DNA of 64,000 bases from the human T2T-CHM13v2.0 reference genome, Homo sapiens. Position numbers and translations under genes: made by a program. Shown piece by piece: positions 54,921-64,000 of the stretch (the stretch's first letter is position 1; the number at the start of each line of letters is the position of its first letter). The notes under the pieces are model-generated. The model was not told the origin of the DNA. It saw only the letters and a list, made by a program, of their open reading frames with translations, and made no database searches. The stretch is from assembly GCF_009914755.1 (NCBI RefSeq), contig NC_060938.1; one strand, written 5' to 3'.

Positions 54921-56805
54921 ACTAGAATTGATAAACAGTATTAGTAAAGTTTTAGGATACAACATCAATGTAAAAAAATTAGTAGCATTTCTATACACCA
55001 ACAACGTCGAGGCTGAGAGTAAAATCAAGAACACAATCTCACAATAGCCACAAAGAAAAGGAAATACCTAGGAATACAGCCAACTAAGGAGGCGAAAAAT
55101 CTCTACAAGGAGAAATACAAAACACTGTGAAAGAAATCAGAGACAATGCAAATAAATGAGAAAACATTCTATGCTCATGGATTGAAAGAATCCATATAAT
55201 AAAAATGGCCATACTGCCCATAGCAAGTTACAGATTCAATTCTATTTCTATCAAACTACCAACATCATTCTTCACAAAGTTAGAAAAAACTATTCCAAAA
55301 TTCATATGGAGTCAAAAAAAAAAAAAAGTGTCCAAATAGCCAAGGCAAATCTAGGCAAAGGAAACAAAGCTAGAAGCATCACATTACACGACTTCAACTA
55401 TGCTATAAAGCCACAGTAACCATAACAGCTTGGTACTGGCAGAAAAACAGACACATAGACTAATGGAACAGAATACAGAGCCCAGAAATAAGGTCATACA
55501 TCTGGACTATATGATCTTCAACAAGCCCAACAAAAGCAAGCAATGAGGAAAGGACTTCCTATTCAATAAATGGTGCTGGGATAATTGGCTAGCCATATAC
55601 AGAAGATCGAAGTTGAACCCCTACCTTTCACTATATACAAAAATTAAACTCAAAATGGATTAAAGAATTAAATGCAAGACCTCAAACTATAAAAATCCTG
55701 GAAGACAACCTAGGAAATACTCTTCTCAACATTGGCCTTTGTAAGGAATTTTTGGCTAAGTAGCCAAAAGCAATTGCAACAAAGACAAGTATAGACAAGC
55801 GGGATCTAATTAAACTAACACAATTCTGCACAGGAAAAGAAAATATCAACAGAGCAAACAGACAGCCTACAGAATGGAAGAAGATATTTACAAACTATGC
55901 ATCTGACAAAATCCTAATACCCAGAATCTGCAGGCAACTTAAATCAACAAGCAAAAACCAAATAACCCCATTATAAAATGGGCAAAGGATATAAACAGAC
56001 ACTTCTCAAATGAAGACATAAAAGTGGCCAACAAACATATAAAAAAAAGTTCAGCATCGCTAATTATCAGAGAAATGAAAATCAAAACCACAATGTGATA
56101 CCATCGCACACCAATCAGAATGACTTTTTATTAAAAGGTCAAAAACAACAGATGCTGGTGAGGCTGTGGAGAAAAGGGGACATTTATATGCTGTTGATGG
56201 GGATGTAAATTAGTCTAGCCACTGTGGAGAGCAATCTGGGGATTTTTCAAAGAACTGAAATCAGAGATATGATTTCATCAAAAAAATAGATTACTAGGTA
56301 TAATGCAAAAGAAAATAAATCATTCTACCAAAAAAAGACACATGAACTTATATGTTCATAGCTGTACTATTCACAATAGCAAAAACATGGAATTAACCTA
56401 GCTGCCCATCAGTGGTAGATTGGATAAAGAAAATAAGGTACATATATACCATGGAATATTACACAGCCATAAAAAAGAATGAAATAATGTATTTTGCAGC
56501 AAAATTAATGATGCAGGAGTCCATAGTCCTAAGAAAATTAACACAGGGACCGAAACTCAAATACCGCATGTTTTTATTTGTAAGTGGGAGCTAAGAATTG
56601 AGCACACATGGATACAAATATAGGAACAATAGACACTGTGGACTACTAGAGAGTGAAGGGATGTAGGTTAAAAAACTACCTATTATGTACTACTCTTACT
56701 ACCAGTGTAGTCAGATCCATACTTCAAACCTCCCTATCACACAGTAGTCTCGTGTAACAAATCTGCACACGTACTCCCCATATCTAAAAGTTGACATTTA
56801 AAAAA
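54921..56805 (+). mobile_element. L1PA15/16-like ORF2 3' part and 3'UTR fused to the L1PB
   Basis: Restarts about 290 nt earlier in L1 coordinates with different diagnostic bases. 3'UTR aaaaactacctatt..caaacctc..aatctgcacacgtac..aaaagttga. Confidence 0.88.
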
Positions 56806-56809
56806 TGTT

Positions 56810-57805
56810 TTTTAAACTTAATGAAAATGAAAAAACAACCTATCTAATTTGTTGGATGCAGCTACACTTAGAGGAAAATTTCTAGTAGTAAACATCTAAA
56901 TTAGAAGATAATAAATGTCAAATCAATGTGCACAGCTATTTCCTTGAGAAACAAGGAAGACAACAGCAGATAAACCACAAAGCACACGAATGAAAGGAAA
57001 TAATAAAGACCATAGTGGAAACAAGTGATGCGCAAAACAAAATAAACAAACACATTGTAAATAAAAGTTGATTTTTTTTAGAAAATTCATAAAGTTGATT
57101 AACCTCTAGCCAGACTTATGAGAGAAAAAGAGAGAGAGAAGAAACAAATTACAAATATCAGGAATGAAAGAGGCTCCAGTTACAGTAACATCAAATATTT
57201 AGAAGTTTTGGAATAAATTAGAGAAAGAATTACTAAGACCTATGCACTGAAACCTATAAAACATTGTTTTAAAAAATTATAGGAAACCTAAATAAATCCA
57301 GAGATATACAATGTTCATGATCCAAGAAACTCAATATATTTATTTCAATTCTTTGTAAAGTGATGTATCGATTCTATACTATCTATAGTATAGAATTTTC
57401 CAATAAAAATTCTTGCAGCCTTTTTTTAAAAAGGAATTAATCAATTTACATTCATATTGAAATGCGAAGGACCTAGAACAGTCAAAAGCATCTTGAGAAA
57501 ATAACAAAGTTGGATGATTTATTATAAAGTTACAATAATCAAAAAAATATGGTACTGTGACAAGGAGAGACAAATAAATTAATGGAAGAGAACACAGAGT
57601 TCAGAACTAGACCTATATATGGTCAGTTGATATTTGACAAAAGTGAAAATGCACTTCAGTGGACAATAAATAGTCTTTTCAAAAGCAGTATGGTTCTAGG
57701 ACCAATGGATAACATCTAACAAACCCACAAAACAAAAAATTAATCTCCAAACCACATCTTACATGCAAATGAAAATTAACTGAAAATAAATTTTAAACCT
57801 TAACA
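56810..57805 (+). mobile_element. Old L1M ORF2 fragments
   Basis: aatgaaaatgaaa..tggatgcagcta..cttagaggaaaatt, aaacaaattacaaatatcaggaatgaaagagg, tggtcagttgatatttgacaaaagtg. Confidence 0.8.
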
Positions 57806-57806
57806 T

Positions 57807-58162
57807 TGTTAAATAAAATGTATGAGAGGTCATTGCTTTGGACTAGGCCACTAAACTCAGCCTAACAGACCAACCCAATATGGATTTTAACTACAGTAGT
57901 TGAGCTTTCATTAATTGTAAGAGGTTGTGTAGCCAATTAACCAATTAAGCTGTAACCAATTAGGTTGTCTCTATACTACACTTGCATTTTCTATAAATGC
58001 TATTAGATCATGTTATTGGTTGGAGTTCTCTAAACTTGCTTTGGTTCAGAGGACTGTCTGATTATCAAATCATTTCTGTTTCACTCTGTTCTGTTTTGTT
58101 TTTCTGTGCCCAAATAAACTCAGTTAAAATGTAAACTTGTCTAAGTTTTTTTCTCTTTACCA
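57807..58162 (+). mobile_element. 5' LTR of a MER4-group ERV1 (MER57/MER34/MER93-like)
   Basis: tgttaaataaaatgtatgagaggtcattg start, three CCAAT boxes, ctataaatg, AATAAA at about 58113, and a CA end followed by a PBS. Confidence 0.8.
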
Positions 58163-58166
58163 TATT

Positions 58167-58184
58167 TGCTGTAGTTGGCAGGAT
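58167..58184 (+). other. Retroviral primer-binding site complementary to tRNA-Ser
   Basis: tgctgtagttggcaggat versus TGGCGTAGTCGGCAGGAT, the reverse complement of the tRNA-Ser(AGA/TGA) 3' end: 15/18, two mismatches being CpG-type C>T. Confidence 0.75.
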
Positions 58185-58589
58185 CTGAATAAGAGTTTCA
58201 GTGACCCCAGGAGCATCAATTAACCAAGCACAGATACTCACTGAACCCACTGTGGTCACTATTTTCTTGCTTCTTATGGAGATTATGGGTAAATTCTCTC
58301 ACGGCTTCCAAAGCTCCACAGATATGTTTTGAGCTATCTTATTTTGTTTGGGTAAACTTTTGATCCAGACTTGACTTGGAAGTTGCAGCAAAAACTGAAG
58401 TGGGTTCAGTAGTTAGATAAAGTTAACTGGAAGACATAATAATAGGTTCATTTGGATCCAGGAAGTCTAGAATCTTCTGGAACTGCTTCCAGGGTTTGTG
58501 TGTGCTATCAGAGCCCATATCACCTTTAGGTGATGTGTAGTGGTTTGTGGTGACTACCTGGATCAGAAAAAAACTGGACAGAGTCCATG

Positions 58590-58643
58590 GTCTGGTACTC
58601 TTCCATTTGGAACTCTTGAAAATTTTATGTATAAAAATCCCCA

Positions 58644-58687
<44 letters not shown>

Positions 58688-58798
58688 AATAGATGGACCT
58701 CACCTAAGGTAATTTGGTATTACAGTAGCCATAATGAGAGAAGTTTTAAATTGGGTGAAATTGTTTATTTACAGGGTATATTAGAAAAAGAAGGATAA
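58590..58798 (+). pseudogene. Gag matrix (MA)-like remnant, frameshifted and split by (GT)17
   Basis: SGTLPFGTLENFMYKN and, in another frame, SFKLGEIVYLQGILEKEG resemble the ERV1 MA pattern (TP..M...W...WP..GSF.L..I..L). Expected position after the PBS/leader. Confidence 0.55.
58648..58681. repeat. (GT)17 microsatellite
   Basis: Directly visible. Confidence 0.97.
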
Positions 58799-59099
58799 AA
58801 AAATCCATCGAAACAACGGAATATATAGTTAAAATGAGAACACAGAGGCTTTAAAAAAGACTAAAACACAAAAGGAAAAAAAAAATTACAGAGTGAGCCC
58901 TTAGATCAATGGGGTTTGCTTCTTTAAGTTAAAATCTTGAGCTCAGAACAGCAGTGAAAGCTATCTTGGCCTAGTTTTAAAGTTGCTTCATCTACCCCAT
59001 TTGTTACTGAACTTTGCCCTGAACTCAGAAATCTAGCTTAAAAAATACAATCTGGGTTAAGAAGCTGCCTATCTTTAGTTATATTGAAACTATCTTTAG

Positions 59100-59461
<362 letters not shown>

Positions 59462-60534
59462 GAAGTCTCCATTTTATGGACGTTTCTTTCACTTTTCATC
59501 TGGGAGGAGGAAGGGCTAAATCAGGAGAGGCTTTTACCATAGAGAAGGTAAAAAGACTTATATCTGTATAAACATGTCTCACCTTTAACCATTTTGTCTG
59601 AATGAGGCTTCCTACTCATGCCTTTCTTTGTCTCAGCAGGTAATGGTGTTTAGGCCTGAAATCTGATTACAATTAACAACCAAGCTAATAATCATTTAGG
59701 GCAATAATTATGTAGGTCGATAATTATGTAGGTCAATTAAGAAAACGAAAAGAGTCTCTTAATTCAGCCCCCTTGCTAAAATGAGTAAAAATGGTAAGTG
59801 AGGTGAAGAAAACAAAGTGGTTTTCTTTGGGGGAGGGGGGGAAGATGAATGGGCCCTAGAAGTATAAATGATTTGTGACAACATCTGTCTGGGTGTGAGA
59901 AAGTCTCCCCTCCAGCGAAGAGTTAATTTTCAGAGGATTGATATCAGTTGAGTACCTTGGAGGCTCTTTCTTTAGACAGACAAAGGAATTCAAAAAACCT
60001 CACCTTGCTTATCTATTAGTTTATTGGTAATCAATATAGCAAAGTGATATATTTTGGAGTAGTAGTTCTTGAAATTTTTCATTGGCTCACTTTGTTTAAT
60101 GAGTGACTCAAGCATAATCATTAAGAATGAATAAGTTAGGTGAATAAAAACGGGATGACAATTTGTAGATGAGTTTCTCATAGTTTCAGGGATTGTTTCA
60201 GTTACTTGAGGTTTTAAAGTTATGTTGTATTAAGTGACATTTATGAAATGTCTAAATCATGCTTAAGTCAGTTAAAATACTGAAACTTGCTCCTCTACCA
60301 TTCTGATTTTGTTGTATATTGGAGAAGTGTCTGATGAGGACAGGATACTTGTGATTCTGACTAGTGGGAAATTTCCTGATTACCTTTAATAATTGAAGTA
60401 AGCTACTAGAAATTGTTCTGAAGAGAAAACAGCTATTCATTGCTTTCATTGACACAATGTAGAATGTGTCTTGACTAACTGGAAAGCATTCAGCAATGAA
60501 ACTGTGAGTTGGCTGAGGCTGATAATTAATGCAT

Positions 60535-60750
60535 GACCACATTTGTTTAACAAGTATTTGACAATCTACTATATATAACACATTTTACATAGTAAAATGT
60601 GTTTTTACTATAGGGCCAAGGATATAATGGCAAACAAGGTTCTATAGATGTCGTTCTTCCCCTCATGGAATGGCATAGAAGAAACAGATATATACACATA
60701 GTACAAACAAGAAAATACAGAAAATTAGTAAATCCTGTAACACACTATGC
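60535..60750 (-). mobile_element. L2 3' end fragment
   Basis: catttgtttaacaagtatttgacaatctactat..ggatataatggcaaacaag..cttcccctcatggaa..gaagaaacagata. Confidence 0.6.
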
Positions 60751-62684
60751 ACAAAAAGTATTGTCGACTCATTATAATCTGCAAAGGAACAAATAGTTGG
60801 ATTGAACACTTCATGTCAGTCAATTTTGTTGCAGTTTATCTACTACCAAAACGTAGTGCTGGTCTCACAGTTTAATGTTTGATAATGAATACATTCATCT
60901 AGTGGTATATTCTGTTTTTATGAAGTATGGAGAGGTTAAGTGTACTTGTGTCTGTAATAAACATGAAAAAGGTTGTATTATGAGGAGATGTGTTTCTAAT
61001 AAATTACAAAATGGTGTTCATCTATACAATGCTGATATAAAACAGTTCAAAATTGCTTGCATTTTAGGTTTTCACTAGAAATTAATTACAAATTAGAATT
61101 AATATGTGGTAATTAAAACCAAAGATAATAACTTCTTATTTGAAGAGAGCAAAACTTTTTTGGTGGGTGAAACTCTAAGGTGTGAAGGATGTGTTTTTGT
61201 AAAAAAAAAAAGTAATTTTGCCTAGTTTTGAGGTTGTTTAAAAGTTATTTCTGAAGAAAAAAGGAATAATATAGATAAAATTGAATGGATAAGAGGGTTG
61301 TAGAAGGTTTATGGAATATGAATTATGTCAGTGAAATTTTGTGTATGAATATGTTGGCTAAAATTAAAAGGGAATTATTAAGTTTTCTGAGAACTGAACA
61401 TTAATGTCAAATATGACTATAAAAAATTAGAATTTGGTTCCCTATATTACAACAACAAGATTTCGTTAGAGAAATGATCTGCTTTTAATGGGAAACAGAG
61501 CTTTATTAGGTCTCCCAATTAAGAGAGAAGACTCAATCTTCCTAAGTAAAGATCTAGAATTTTTTCGACAATTACGCAGCTTTAGATATTTAATTATCAC
61601 TCTGGTTAAATGAATGTCTATTATTTCATAGCGAACTGTGATCTTATTGTGATCAAGCACTTTCAATCTTTTATATATTTGACAAACTTCCCCAAATTGA
61701 ATTCTAAATTAAGTATTTTTGACCTAGAATTGACTTTGGGATTTTCCAGTACGGCCCGTGGAGAGCCTCAAAGGATATATCCCTCATAATGCAGAGATGT
61801 TAAGTTAATCAAGCTTGTTTGATGTGTTGAATTGTATGGGAAGTATTGTCAAATAACAAAGTGATGTTAAATCTTTTAAAATTATATTTTATGGATATTT
61901 CAGAAATTGTATGAAATTCATAGAAATCTAATAGTCCTGGCATAACTTTGTCATTATTTTTCCTTACTAGTTCTGTTGGCCCAGCTCACTTTGTTGAAAG
62001 AACTTCTTAGAAAAATATAATGCTGCCAATTCCTTTCCTCAAAAAGAGGAAATAATTCTTGAAATGGACCGTCACCCATTGTCCATTTTTTTAACACCCT
62101 TGCCTATTCTTGCCCTTAACCCAAATCACAAAAATGCTAAGAGGTAAACTTTTTAAAAACACGTTCCTGAGGAAATTTCAACTAAATCCACTACAGACAT
62201 TGCATAAATTCACTGGGCTTCTCCCATAAAGTTTCAAATTGGCCCAAACAGCCGCTTCCTAATATAAGACAGTTGATATTCCTTTGGTTGATTGAGTATT
62301 GGTGTTTCTTTGATTGACCTCCCTTTGGTTGAGGTTGATGCGTTTATTTGGGAATTTGGGGACAGTTGTCCCATTTGTTCTGGGAAATGCTTTTAGCTTT
62401 TGTGTAGGGTCTTCCTGGGGGCTGAGGGTCTTCCTGGTGGATGACAGCAGAGGGGGGCTTCCTATTGGTGAGCACTATTACAACTATGGGTTTATTTAAT
62501 TTTAAACCTTATAATGATATCTTCCTTCTTTAACTCCAGCTGGTTACATATTTGAACCAGCTTTATTGGAGGGAGACACATGGAGGTAGGGAGAGACAGA
62601 TATTAAGAACCAAGAAGTTTTTAAAACAGAAGATATATAGAAAAAGAAAAATCTAAATCACAGAACTCTAATATGCTCAAGATA

Positions 62685-62830
62685 TCAGGTTCAAGACTTG
62701 CTTCTGCTACTTTTCCCAAATATAAATGTGGAAAAAAGTGCTTACCACACTGAAACTTAATTTTCATTTTGCAAACTGGCATTGGAAAGTGTACTTAATA
62801 CATAAGTTTGTTGTGATATTAAATGAGATA
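62685..62830 (+). mobile_element. MIR
   Basis: ggttcaagacttgcttctgctactt..ctgaaacttaattttcattttgcaaactgg..gttgtgatattaaatgagata. Confidence 0.65.
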
Positions 62831-62833
62831 CAA

Positions 62834-63073
62834 CAATGATTTTCAAATATTTCACCCATGTCCCATTGTAAAAAGTACATTAAGAATAGAGGCACACACA
62901 CAGACTAATAATAATATAAAATTAAAACAAAAGCCACACAAAATAATGCCTAATCTGATTAAAGGTAATAAACTCTGAAATATGTATTTTATTCTATTAA
63001 AAATACTGCTTGAGACACACTAAAATGATTCTATGGTGCATTAAGTAGTTGTAAAGTACATTTTAAAAACACA
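62834..63073. mobile_element. hAT-Charlie MITE remnant (MER119-like)
   Basis: caatgattttcaaa at the left end and gacacactaaaatgatt..ttaaaaacacag at the right end resemble hAT TIR/subterminal sequence. Confidence 0.45.
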
Positions 63074-63503
63074 GAAATAAGTTATCACTTATCACTGTAC
63101 TTGATATATTTTAATCAATTTTTAGTGTTAAGGTCTTTGTACTGGCACTATATTTTTTATTCTTTTTACGTCCTTTTATTTTTTTAATGATTTATTGGCC
63201 TCAATTTCCAAATTCAGTGTTCATAACATAAACATTTATTTTCTTCTTGTGTTTTATTATAAGAGATATAGTTCTGAAATTTTAAAGAATGACCGAAGTA
63301 AAAATATTTTCAGAAATTATTCTGGAAAATGAATTTTTTTTTATTTGTCTCCAAAATTACAAATGAGCCATTTTAATGGTTTAAACATGGAAACTCTTTT
63401 AGTTATTTACAAAAATTTAACTCAACCTTTCCTCCTAAAATATAATGTTTACCTTCTGGGAAAAAAAAAGAAAGAAACAAAATAAAACATATTGGCTTAT
63501 TCA

Positions 63504-63855
<352 letters not shown>

Positions 63856-64000
63856 AGGGGGATGAGTATAATGAATCAAGTTCAATAATAAAAAAAACTT
63901 ATCAATGTATTTGTTTTATCCATAAAGTGGCACCAAACATTCATTACATAATTTTGTTTCTATGAAGGAGAAGGTATATTTACATTTTTCTACATTTCCA

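Noticed and set aside
59704-59734. Short tandem duplications (ataattatgtaggtc twice; similar ones at 18083, about 34966 and about 45891)
   Set aside because: Ordinary slippage or repair micro-duplications with no sign of function.
62359-62373. GGGACA-GT-TGTCCC as a steroid response element
   Set aside because: The spacer is 2 nt rather than the 3 nt required for GRE/ARE.

Overview
This is AT-rich, CpG-poor simian-primate (probably human or ape) genomic DNA, identified by AluY, AluS, LTR12 and MER41-type repeats. I find no intact protein-coding gene, RNA gene or CRISPR-like array. The ORFs in the track that I can recognise are broken L1 ORF1/ORF2, ERV gag, Alu-derived or microsatellite-derived frames, and the rest look like chance ORFs. 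Roughly half or more of the window is interspersed repeat: several L1PA/L1PB/L1M elements (three with internal inversions, one a two-subfamily chimera), eight Alus including one monomer, about seven MaLR LTRs, about eight ERV1-class LTRs, one 5'LTR+PBS+internal ERV remnant, L2/MIR fragments and three DNA-transposon MITEs. The most interesting signals are structural or regulatory. They are an LTR12 inserted antisense in L1PB ORF1 facing a truncated MER50 promoter, an ERV remnant with a tRNA-Ser primer-binding site that appears to contain older host DNA, a MER41B whose deletion clips one GAS site, template-switch scars in Alus, and candidate CTCF/enhancer sites in unique DNA. I see no convincing new biological system. 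Repeat subfamily names come from recalled consensus sequences and need RepeatMasker/Dfam confirmation.
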